This document shows positions 50,503 through 59,525 of a stretch of 64,000 bases of DNA, in pieces. The notes beneath the pieces were generated by a model that saw only the letters and a list, made by a program, of their open reading frames with translations, was not told the DNA's origin and made no database searches. Numbering within the stretch: the stretch's first letter is position 1; the number at the start of each line of letters is the position of its first letter. Origin of the DNA: Candidatus Peregrinibacteria bacterium GW2011_GWF2_43_17 (GTDB taxonomy: Bacteria > Patescibacteriota > Gracilibacteria > UBA1369 > UBA12470); assembly GCA_000999315.1 (NCBI GenBank), contig LCFW01000003.1, positions 20,686 through 84,685 of the forward strand, in the 5' to 3' direction. The position numbers were made by a program, and so were the translations under genes.

Positions 50503-53500
50503 TTATACCCCCGCCTCGGCATAGAAACTATTCTCGTAGTCCTCCTGAGCGATCACGATTGTGATAATTTTCGCCATTTCGCCGAGAGCGATATCGCGTT
50601 CGGGTCTGAAATAACCGTCACCGTAACCGGAAACAATACCTCTCGTATACGCATACACAATGTAAGGCGCATACCAAGAGTCCAAATCAACATCCGGAAA
50701 CGGATTTGAAGGCAAATAATAATAATCCAAAAGTTCATCACCATATCGTTCTTCGATATCATCGCCGGTGAGTCCAAAAATAATCTTGAGCGCCTCCGCA
50801 CGATTGACCAAATTATCCGGCTTGAAAGTGGAATCATCATACCCGGTTATAACCCCCATATTATACGCAGTTAGAACATAAGCGGCCCCCTCGCTCGCAA
50901 CGGTCATATCGACAAACGGCATGCTTTCCATATGCGTATCTATCTCTATGTTTATCAAATCCATCGCCGACATCAAGAACTCGATTCTGGTAACTTTTTC
51001 ATCGGGGTCGAAAAGATAACTTATTATCTGCGCCTCTGTCGTATCGCCCGCGTTGATTTCATTTATAAGAGTCGTCTGATAAAAATCTTTCAAATAAGAT
51101 TCAGACCAATGTTGATCGAGTTGCGGCACAACGTCGATCGTCCACGTCTCCTCGAATATTTTTTCCGTTTCTTCTACGGTTTCTCCGACCGTAATTTCGA
51201 TAACAACTGCAATCTCTTCCTCAACATCTTCCGATTCGGAGATTTCTTCAACCTCTTCCTCAAGCTCATCGGAGATTTCTTCGATTTCATTATCTTCAGT
51301 ATTATCATATCCGCCTCCGCTCGACGCACCACCTCCGGTAATTTCCCCGTAAGCGGGATTCTCATAGTTTTTCGTTGTTACGGTAATGGTTGAGCTCGTC
51401 AAATTGTTACCTTTCGTATCGAGAGCTTTTATATAACAAATATATGTCGTGCCTTTCACCAATCCCGACATCCCCATTGATGACGCCGTCATCGTATTGC
51501 TACTGCCATACAAAGTATAAGTAGTGGTTGAAGATGTTCTATAGTAAATTTCATATTTATCAAAATTGGTTTCGGAAGTTACACTGTTCCATCCCAAAGT
51601 GAAACTCGTTTCAACAATGTTCGTAGCGGTCAGTGAAGAAGCCAGCCCTCCGCTAGGAACAACCTGGTCAAGCACAAAATTATCGGAAGCTACCGACGAT
51701 CCGGCGGCAATTCCGTCATAAGGAGTCGCTCTCACCTGCGCCGTTGCGATATTTTGTGCCGTAACATCCTCCGCCGATGCCCATATAACGGTTATCGTAT
51801 TTGCTCCGGGAGATGTAACGATATATCCATTGCTATTACCAACTTGATAAGTGTTGTCATTTTCAAGATTATAATTGCCATATGTAGCTCCGGTTCCCGT
51901 CGTCTCAGAAAGAGTCGCCTTGTTCCATCCCGCACCGACATTATATTCAACAAGTGCCTGCAAAGTATCGTCATTATCCGCATCGTCGATTACAAATGTA
52001 ATTGTCACATTACTTGTTCCGTCCGTAGCTTGCACGGCTGTAACGGTTGCCGCCGTAGGCGTTTGATTGGTAACGAAGCTGATCGCAGATCCGCATCCTT
52101 CGTAACCATAGTTATCCGCAGAACATATTTTTGCATAATAAGTCAGACCCGGGGTTAATCCCGTAACCGTAGTTGTAGCCGTAGCCTTCGTTGCAAGAAG
52201 CACGTCGTTCGGATCGTTATCCCATTCTATAGCTGTACCGTTTCTGTTCGTAACATCGGTCTGATTCGTTCCATACCAAATTTCGTAATGGTTGAAATGA
52301 GATTCGGTTGATACTGTCCATGTCAAAATACCTGTCGTTCCACTTCCTCCTGTTTTAGTAAATGACTCCGGCGTCGTTGGAGCAACGCCGTCTACAATGA
52401 ACGCATCTGAAGTTACGGCGGCACCGGCTTCGATCCCGTCATGTGGAGTTATTTTGAGCTGTACGGTTTCAAGATCGATTCCAAGCGCATCAACATCCGA
52501 TCTCCATACGACAGAAACGGTATTTGCTCCGGAAGATGACGTGATATACCCATTGCTGTTACCAACTTGGTAAGTATCATCGTTTTCGACATCGAACCAA
52601 CCGTACGTCGAACCTGTACCACTCGCTTCATCTATTGTCGCCTTGTTCCATCCGGCACCAATATTATATTGGATAAGTACCCGTCCGAGATCCGTATCAT
52701 CGGCATCGTCAAAAACAAACTGTATGTTTACATACTGATTACCGCTTCCGGACTGGGCAATCGTTACTCCGCCGATTATCGGTCTGCCGTTGTTATTGGC
52801 AGTTGCAACCGTCAGCGTTGTTTCATTACCGTATCCGTCAACAGCCCATATCTTCGCGTAATAAGTTGTATTTTCCAAAAGTCCGGTAATCGTAGTTGTT
52901 GCCGTTGTCGCAGTCGCAAGTGTTGCATCATTCGGATCATTATCCCACTCGGATGCTGTTCCGTTTCGATTCCCGACATCCGTTTCGTTCGTCCCGTACC
53001 AAACCTCGTAATGGTTGAAATGGCTGTCCGTTCCGGCAGTCCATATCCATGTGATCGTGGAAGAGGTCGTCGCTCCACCGGCAAATCCGGCGAAACCGCC
53101 TGCAGGACCTGCGTTATCGATTATGAAGTCCGACGAAGCCCCCGGAGTGCCGATGTCATACCCGTCGTAAGGCGTAACTCTGATCTGTGCCGTAGCCAAA
53201 TCCGCAGTCGGTGCGTCAGTCTTCGAATTCCATATCGCCGTAATGGTATTTGCTCCCGGAGATGTCAAAACATAGCCATTGCTATTACCAACCTGATAAG
53301 CATTATCATTCTCAAGATTGAACTGACCATAGGTCGAGCCGGTACCACTCGTCTCCGATAATGTCGCCTTCAGCCATCCCGCTCCAACATTATATTCAAC
53401 AAGAGCGCGATTGGTATCGTCATCATCGTCATCAATGATAAAAGATATGTTTACAACTCCTGTTCCATCTGTTAATTCGACCGCCGTTATCGTTGCAACC

Positions 53501-56073
53501 GTTGGCGCCACATTGAATATCCACCCAAGGTTATTTCCAGAATTAACGGAATTCGTACCTTTGGCGATGATATCGTTTCCACTGGAAGCATCGGAATCTT
53601 TTACATCAACATACGAAATCGCCGAAGTCCCGCTTATATTGAGAAGCCACTGACTTGCATCGGCACTGCTCCTCAGAACAATCGTGTTCCCGGCAGATCC
53701 CGTCAGTGTAAACGCTCCCGTTACCATCTGAGTTGTCGCCGCTGTAAACACAAGCGATTTCGCCACCGTTGTACATGTGAAGTTGAAGAAGCTTGTACTG
53801 CCTGCAATTGTTCCCGTCCCCGTTGCGTCGTCAAAAACAACAGTACCAGAACTCGAATTGAATGTGCCGGTATTGGAAAAATTCCTACCGACATTTATCT
53901 GATAATTCCCGCCGGTTACATTGAATGTTCCTGCGGTAATCGTAAGACTTCCGTTTACATCAAGAGCGACACCGAGTTCGAAAATGTCCGTAGCACCATC
54001 CGTAGAGTTAATAATGAGATTGTAATAGGTCGCAGAAAGGGTTGTAACAGTATATGTATCCGCTCCGGCATCCCCATCTCCCGTAAACTCAATTGTTCCA
54101 GAGTTTGTATCCATTGCCGGCAAAGACAAGGTTCCCGATCCTCTCCATCTCAAAGTACCTTCGTTTGAAAACGTTGTACTAACCGTAAGTCCATTTGCAC
54201 CAAGCGATAAAATACCCGATGTGATTGTCGCATTAGCAACTATCTCGGTTGCACCCAATGTAAACACTGACGAAACCCCGCCATTAATCACAAGCGTCGC
54301 GTTCGTCATTGTCCAATCCTTCATCGTATATGGACCTGCCGCGCCGTCATAAGTGACAGTGGAACCAGAAGCAAAAGTTGGAGTCCCGGTTACAGTCTCC
54401 CCACCTTGAAGCTGAAGATTTCCACCTGAAGCGACCGTGAAGGTTCCGCCTGATTCAATAAATGTATAGCCTGAAATATCAAATGTGCCTGCTGTAATAG
54501 TCAAATCCTGATTCACGGCGTCCATTGTTAATTCTGATGCAAGATTCACTGCTCCGCCGGTTTTATTGACAGTGATATCAGCATTGAATACACCAACAGC
54601 GCCAAGCGTAAATGTCTGCGTTGCGTCGCCAGTCAATACAATCGTAGCTGTTCCGCCGTCATAACCGGAACCTACAACAACATCTCCAGCGACGGAAATA
54701 CTTCCGGTAGCTGGAATCGATGATTGAGACACTAATCCATCTGTTAAAGTAAGCGTTCCTGTAACAGTCAATGTATCGCCATTGGCAATTTGTTTTGTCC
54801 AACCTGTGTCAGTACTGAAAGTTAAATTATAAAAAGTTTCAGCTGTATTCACATCAATAGTCGCAGTTCCATTTCCACTATTAAAATTAACCGTGCTAGT
54901 ACCTTCTGTCACTGACCCAGATGTCTGTGCCCAATTATGCGCGAGATTCATGGTACCTGAACCTAAATTTAGCGTTCCACCCGAAAGTGTAAAAACGCAT
55001 GTTGAACAAGATAATGTTGTAGTTGTCCCATTATTGTATGTGCCACCCGAAATCGTCATATCCCCCCCAAAAGTGACTGTCCCAGCTCCTCCATTGAATG
55101 TACCGCCGGATTGAGTAAAAGTCTTTGTATAATGAGAAAATCCGATAGCCCCAACGCCTCCGTTATAAGTACCGGCTGCAATTATCATATGATTCTCAAA
55201 AATTAAAGTTCCGCTTGATGGACCTGTGACGACCGTATCTGCCCCATTTAATTTTAATCCTGTCATATATCCGCTTGATAGTGTTGCTGTGCCAGAACCT
55301 TCGAGATTGATTTGCGCAGTACCACCATCAAAATTAGCGCCTTGAGAAATAGCGCCAGTAACAACTATGGTTCCACCAGCTGGGATAGTCGACTGCTCTA
55401 AATTACCATCTGTTAAAGTAAGCGTACCAGTAACCACAAATGTTTCATTGACTGTTATCGATATAGAACAACCCGCACTAGGATTCATTTGAAAATTATA
55501 AAAAGTTTCATCAGCTTCAACATTTGTACTATCAAAAGTCCACGACTGGCTACCATTTGAATCAAAAACAACTGTTCCATTGTTGTGTTGCCAAGCATTT
55601 GATCCTGCACCTTCCGCTATCGTAAATGTATTGAAAAAATATATATTACCTGATGTGGAAATAAAGGTTGCACCTGAATTAAGAGTAAAGGATCCATTAA
55701 TGTCTATATCTTGCGTTGATCCTGAAAAAATACCATCAGCCTGATCATAATTACTTATACCTACAGTTAAGGTAGCCGCTTGTGTGATTGTATTTGTATA
55801 ACCAGTATTAATATCAATCCCCCTCACATTGGCCGCTGTATTGATAGTGCATGGCGTATTTCCGGTACCGTCAAAAGTGGCAATATCAGCTGTGCCAGGC
55901 ACTGATCCAGTACTCCAGTTCCCACCTGTACCCCAGTTAACGCTTTCATCACCTTGCCATGTAACAACAGCGGCGCTCGCACTCGCAATCCCGACCGTAC
56001 AAGCCAATACCAAAGCCGAAAATACAAAACACATCTTCAGAAACCCCTTAAACCCAAACGATAGCGATCCCAT
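50503..56073 (-). CDS. large secreted surface protein: Gly/Thr-rich beta-solenoid region, 3x (Ig-like + FN3) modules, C-terminal SLH domains
   Basis: signal peptide ending ASASA; three ...GAGWxKAT...YQVGNSNGY...TPxDG repeats; GYDDSTFKPDNLVNRAE and GYGDGYFRPE SLH motifs; start taken at ATG 56073. Confidence 0.85.
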   Translation of the reverse strand: MGSLSFGFKGFLKMCFVFSALVLACTVGIASASAAVVTWQGDESVNWGTGGNWSTGSVPGTADIATFDGTGNTPCTINTAANVRGIDINTGYTNTITQAATLTVGISNYDQADGIFSGSTQDIDINGSFTLNSGATFISTSGNIYFFNTFTIAEGAGSNAWQHNNGTVVFDSNGSQSWTFDSTNVEADETFYNFQMNPSAGCSISITVNETFVVTGTLTLTDGNLEQSTIPAGGTIVVTGAISQGANFDGGTAQINLEGSGTATLSSGYMTGLKLNGADTVVTGPSSGTLIFENHMIIAAGTYNGGVGAIGFSHYTKTFTQSGGTFNGGAGTVTFGGDMTISGGTYNNGTTTTLSCSTCVFTLSGGTLNLGSGTMNLAHNWAQTSGSVTEGTSTVNFNSGNGTATIDVNTAETFYNLTFSTDTGWTKQIANGDTLTVTGTLTLTDGLVSQSSIPATGSISVAGDVVVGSGYDGGTATIVLTGDATQTFTLGAVGVFNADITVNKTGGAVNLASELTMDAVNQDLTITAGTFDISGYTFIESGGTFTVASGGNLQLQGGETVTGTPTFASGSTVTYDGAAGPYTMKDWTMTNATLVINGGVSSVFTLGATEIVANATITSGILSLGANGLTVSTTFSNEGTLRWRGSGTLSLPAMDTNSGTIEFTGDGDAGADTYTVTTLSATYYNLIINSTDGATDIFELGVALDVNGSLTITAGTFNVTGGNYQINVGRNFSNTGTFNSSSGTVVFDDATGTGTIAGSTSFFNFTCTTVAKSLVFTAATTQMVTGAFTLTGSAGNTIVLRSSADASQWLLNISGTSAISYVDVKDSDASSGNDIIAKGTNSVNSGNNLGWIFNVAPTVATITAVELTDGTGVVNISFIIDDDDDDTNRALVEYNVGAGWLKATLSETSGTGSTYGQFNLENDNAYQVGNSNGYVLTSPGANTITAIWNSKTDAPTADLATAQIRVTPYDGYDIGTPGASSDFIIDNAGPAGGFAGFAGGATTSSTITWIWTAGTDSHFNHYEVWYGTNETDVGNRNGTASEWDNDPNDATLATATTATTTITGLLENTTYYAKIWAVDGYGNETTLTVATANNNGRPIIGGVTIAQSGSGNQYVNIQFVFDDADDTDLGRVLIQYNIGAGWNKATIDEASGTGSTYGWFDVENDDTYQVGNSNGYITSSSGANTVSVVWRSDVDALGIDLETVQLKITPHDGIEAGAAVTSDAFIVDGVAPTTPESFTKTGGSGTTGILTWTVSTESHFNHYEIWYGTNQTDVTNRNGTAIEWDNDPNDVLLATKATATTTVTGLTPGLTYYAKICSADNYGYEGCGSAISFVTNQTPTAATVTAVQATDGTSNVTITFVIDDADNDDTLQALVEYNVGAGWNKATLSETTGTGATYGNYNLENDNTYQVGNSNGYIVTSPGANTITVIWASAEDVTAQNIATAQVRATPYDGIAAGSSVASDNFVLDQVVPSGGLASSLTATNIVETSFTLGWNSVTSETNFDKYEIYYRTSSTTTYTLYGSSNTMTASSMGMSGLVKGTTYICYIKALDTKGNNLTSSTITVTTKNYENPAYGEITGGGASSGGGYDNTEDNEIEEISDELEEEVEEISESEDVEEEIAVVIEITVGETVEETEKIFEETWTIDVVPQLDQHWSESYLKDFYQTTLINEINAGDTTEAQIISYLFDPDEKVTRIEFLMSAMDLINIEIDTHMESMPFVDMTVASEGAAYVLTAYNMGVITGYDDSTFKPDNLVNRAEALKIIFGLTGDDIEERYGDELLDYYYLPSNPFPDVDLDSWYAPYIVYAYTRGIVSGYGDGYFRPERDIALGEMAKIITIVIAQEDYENSFYAEAGV

Positions 56074-56156
56074 ATAATTTTTATTATTTTTTGATCTATT
56101 AATAATAACACAAATCCGCCCGCAACACAAGCCGCAGCCGGGCTCCCCGACCTCCA

Positions 56157-57080
56157 CTACAACCACATTTCCATCGCCGCCATCCTCACCGCCACCCCGT
56201 TCGTCACCTGTTCGAAATACTTCGCGCGCAGATCGCTGTCAACCTCCGGCAACAACTCGTCGATCCTCGGCAAAGGATGCATGACGATCGCGGTCTTTTT
56301 AAGCAACTTCATCAGCCCGGCATCTATCACGTAAACCCCTTTATACTGCAAATATTCGTTTTCTGAAGCAAATCTCTCCTGTTGAATTCGCGTACACGCC
56401 AAAACATCCAGCTCGCCTATCACTTTGTCCAAATCGACGGTTTCGAAAACCTCATGTCCGCAATTTTTCAGCTTGTTTACAATCTCTCTCGGCATCGCCA
56501 ACTCTTTCGGCGATACGAAAACGAATTTCAACCCTTTAAAATTCTTCAAAAGTTCACACTGCGAATGCGGCACTCTCCCGTTTTTCAAATCTCCTACCAT
56601 CCCGACAGTCAACCCGTCCACACCGCCAAACTCCTTAAAAATGGTAAAAGCATCAAGCAACCCTTGCGTCGGATGATCGTTCGCCCCATCTCCCGCATTT
56701 ATAACCGGCACCGTCGCCCCTTTCGCCAACTCGGCAACACTCCCCGCCTCCGAATGTCTCATCGCGATAATATCGGCAAAACACGACACGACTCTTCCCG
56801 TATCGCTCAAGCTCTCCCCCTTTTTCGCAGACGAAGTTTCTTTCATCTGGGCATTACTGATAACAGATCCGCCAAGTCGGAGCATCGCAGTTTCGAAACT
56901 GAAACGAGTTCTGGTCGAAGGCTCGTAAAAAAGCGTCGCCAAAACTTTGCCCTTCATCTCGTCGGAAACCTTTTCTTTCCGCGCATACGGGAGCATTTTT
57001 TCGGCTTTCTTCATTATTTTCAAAATCTCTTCTTTTGTAAAATCTTTTGAGCTGAGCAAATTTGATTTTTTTTCAAACAT
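56157..57080 (-). CDS. pyrB: aspartate carbamoyltransferase catalytic subunit
   Basis: FYEPSTRT, INAGDG..HPTQ, MHPLPR; start moved to 57080. Confidence 0.97.
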   Translation of the reverse strand: MFEKKSNLLSSKDFTKEEILKIMKKAEKMLPYARKEKVSDEMKGKVLATLFYEPSTRTRFSFETAMLRLGGSVISNAQMKETSSAKKGESLSDTGRVVSCFADIIAMRHSEAGSVAELAKGATVPVINAGDGANDHPTQGLLDAFTIFKEFGGVDGLTVGMVGDLKNGRVPHSQCELLKNFKGLKFVFVSPKELAMPREIVNKLKNCGHEVFETVDLDKVIGELDVLACTRIQQERFASENEYLQYKGVYVIDAGLMKLLKKTAIVMHPLPRIDELLPEVDSDLRAKYFEQVTNGVAVRMAAMEMWL

Positions 57081-57087
57081 AACTTCG

Positions 57088-57122
57088 GACTTAGCACTTG
57101 AAACTTGACACTTGCTACTATA
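57088..57122 (+). repeat. degenerate 7-nt tandem repeat overlapping the putative carA promoter
   Basis: GACTTAG CACTTGA AACTTGA CACTTGC TACTATA; TTGAAA-17nt-TAAGCT at 57098-57126. Confidence 0.65.
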
Positions 57123-57153
57123 AGCTACCACAAGAAATTTTCACAATAAAAAA

Positions 57154-58209
57154 ATGTTCGCATCGCTGGTTTTGGAAGATGAAGTGATCCTGACCGGAAA
57201 ATCATTCGGTGCGACAACTAATTCCGAAGGTGAAGTCGTTTTCAACACGGGCATGATGGGATATCCGGAAAGTTTTACCGACCCTTCTTACAGAGGCCAA
57301 ATCCTCACTTTGACATACCCGCTTATCGGGAATTACGGCGTCCCGAACACCGAACTCGAAAGCAATAATATTCACATAAGAGGACTCGTCGTTTCCGAAT
57401 ACTCGACAAATTTCAATCATTGGAATGCGGAAAAAAGTCTCGACAAATGGCTGAAAGAACACGCCATCCCCGGCATAACCGGCATAGACACCAGGGCTTT
57501 GACTCAAAAAATAAGAGAGAAAGGCACCATGCTCGGCCAAATCGTAACGCATGCAGAACCGCACCCGCCCCTTAAATTCAAACCATTCAAAGCACCCGAC
57601 TCGGAAAATCTTGTCGCGGAAGTTTCAACAAAAAAACCAATCACATATAAACGCGGCCTCAAGCACGTCGCTCTCATAGACACCGGTTGCAAAGCAAACA
57701 TCATCAGAGAACTCCTGAAAAGAGACCTGACGGTCACCAGAATCCCATGGAACAAAAACCCTTTCACCTTAAAAACCAAATTCGACGGGGTACTTTTCAG
57801 TAACGGCCCGGGCAACCCGACCCTGCCAAAAGAAACTCACGCAACTATGAAAGAGTGCCTAAACCGCGAAATCCCAACATTCGGAATCTGCCTCGGCAAC
57901 CAAATAATGGGACTCTCCGCAGGAGCGAAAACTTACAAACTCAAATACGGCCACCGCGCTCAAAATCAACCATGCACGGACCTCGAAACGAATAAATGCT
58001 ACATCACAAGCCAAAACCACGGCTTCGCGATAGACGCAAAAACCCTCCCCAAAGGCTGGAAGGTTTGGTTTATAAACCAAAACGACAAAACGGTCGAAGG
58101 AATAAAACATAGCAAGAAGCCGTTCTTCGCAGTACAATTTCACCCGGAATCAACTCCAGGACCGAGCGACACAGCGTTTTTATTCGATAAATTCATTAAA
58201 CTCATATAG
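57154..58209 (+). CDS. carA: carbamoyl-phosphate synthase small subunit
   Basis: GEVVFNTGM, SNGPG, GICLG, SQNHGF, QFHPE. Confidence 0.97.
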   Translation: MFASLVLEDEVILTGKSFGATTNSEGEVVFNTGMMGYPESFTDPSYRGQILTLTYPLIGNYGVPNTELESNNIHIRGLVVSEYSTNFNHWNAEKSLDKWLKEHAIPGITGIDTRALTQKIREKGTMLGQIVTHAEPHPPLKFKPFKAPDSENLVAEVSTKKPITYKRGLKHVALIDTGCKANIIRELLKRDLTVTRIPWNKNPFTLKTKFDGVLFSNGPGNPTLPKETHATMKECLNREIPTFGICLGNQIMGLSAGAKTYKLKYGHRAQNQPCTDLETNKCYITSQNHGFAIDAKTLPKGWKVWFINQNDKTVEGIKHSKKPFFAVQFHPESTPGPSDTAFLFDKFIKLI

Positions 58210-58211
58210 AT

Positions 58212-59525
58212 ATGAAAAACAAAATCATCCTCGCAATAGGCGTAACCATCCTTGCGGGAATCGTTATCGCACTCGTTTTAATATTAAAAGCGGGAGCCAC
58301 CGAATCGCCGGCAATCAATGATCCGATTTCACCGATAAACGCAGATAAAACAACCTTATCCGGAACCGCAGAACCGGGAGCAAAAATCATAATAATGGGC
58401 GGTCCATCCGAACTTTCTCCGGTATATGCCGACGACGAAACCGGCTACTGGGAGAAAACAGTCTCTCTCACTCAAGAAACAACCAACATCTTCTCCGTAA
58501 CTGCACAAGGTGCCGACAACACGCAATCATCGGCGGTCACCGTAACAATCGTTGAAGGAATCGAGGAGGCCGCGGAATACGAAGCGCAAACCGGCTCGGA
58601 CAGAACGGCACCGAGCGCCCCGGAAGTTGACGATATTGAATCGCCCGTAGACGCGGACTTTGTGATTCTAACAGGTACAGCCGAAGCAAACTCCACAATA
58701 ATCATATCGGGCGCCGACACCGAAGAAACAACCGTCGACTCATTCGGCACATTTTCAATCGAAGTCAACCTCGATCAAGACGCTATAAATAAGTTCAATA
58801 TTAACGCGATGGACGACGCAGGCAACATAAGTTCAACAACGAAAATTGAAATCGAAGAAATAAGCGAAGAGGCGGGAGAAGGAAACACAGAGGAAGATGA
58901 CGAACAAGATCACGAATCGGCGGAAGCCCCCGAAGAAGAAATAAGCTTCCCCGACACGGAAGGTCATTGGGCGGAAACATACGTTGAAGAACTTGCGGCG
59001 GAAGAAGTCGTCGGAGGTTATGAAAACGGAAATTTCGGTCCCAACGATTACATAACAAGAGCCGCAATCACAAAAATCGCGCTGAACGCTTTTGAATACG
59101 AAGTTGAAAATGCGGAATCGAACTTCATCGACCTCGAAAGCGGTGCGTGGTATGAAGATTACGTTAACTCGGCATACGAATACGACATAATCGGCGGTTA
59201 CGACGACGGCACTTTCAAGCCCGACGGCTACGTAAATCGAGCCGAAGCTTTGAAAATATTATTCGTGGCATCAGGCATCGCGAATATGGATGGCGCGAGC
59301 ATATTTATCGGCTCCGCAACAACTTGGGAAAATGATTTCTCCGACATTTCAACAAACGATTGGTTTTATGAATATGTAATGCAATCCTCAACCGGCGGAA
59401 TCGTATCGGGCTACACCGACTTCACTTTCGGTCCGCAAAATTACATAACCCGCGCCGAAGTTTGCAAAATCGTTTCGAAAATGTTGGACTTGAAAACCGA
59501 AATCATAGCCACACCAACTATCTAA
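58212..59525 (+). CDS. membrane-anchored Ig-like repeat + SLH domain protein
   Basis: N-terminal TM; two GTAE Ig-like repeats; FPDTEGHWA and three GY..F.P...R SLH repeats. Confidence 0.85.
   Translation: MKNKIILAIGVTILAGIVIALVLILKAGATESPAINDPISPINADKTTLSGTAEPGAKIIIMGGPSELSPVYADDETGYWEKTVSLTQETTNIFSVTAQGADNTQSSAVTVTIVEGIEEAAEYEAQTGSDRTAPSAPEVDDIESPVDADFVILTGTAEANSTIIISGADTEETTVDSFGTFSIEVNLDQDAINKFNINAMDDAGNISSTTKIEIEEISEEAGEGNTEEDDEQDHESAEAPEEEISFPDTEGHWAETYVEELAAEEVVGGYENGNFGPNDYITRAAITKIALNAFEYEVENAESNFIDLESGAWYEDYVNSAYEYDIIGGYDDGTFKPDGYVNRAEALKILFVASGIANMDGASIFIGSATTWENDFSDISTNDWFYEYVMQSSTGGIVSGYTDFTFGPQNYITRAEVCKIVSKMLDLKTEIIATPTI

Noticed and set aside
51650..53530. Diversity-generating retroelement TR/VR pair from the repeated segments
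   Set aside because: The repeats are in-frame protein modules with ordinary divergence, not adenine-specific, and there is no reverse transcriptase in the window.
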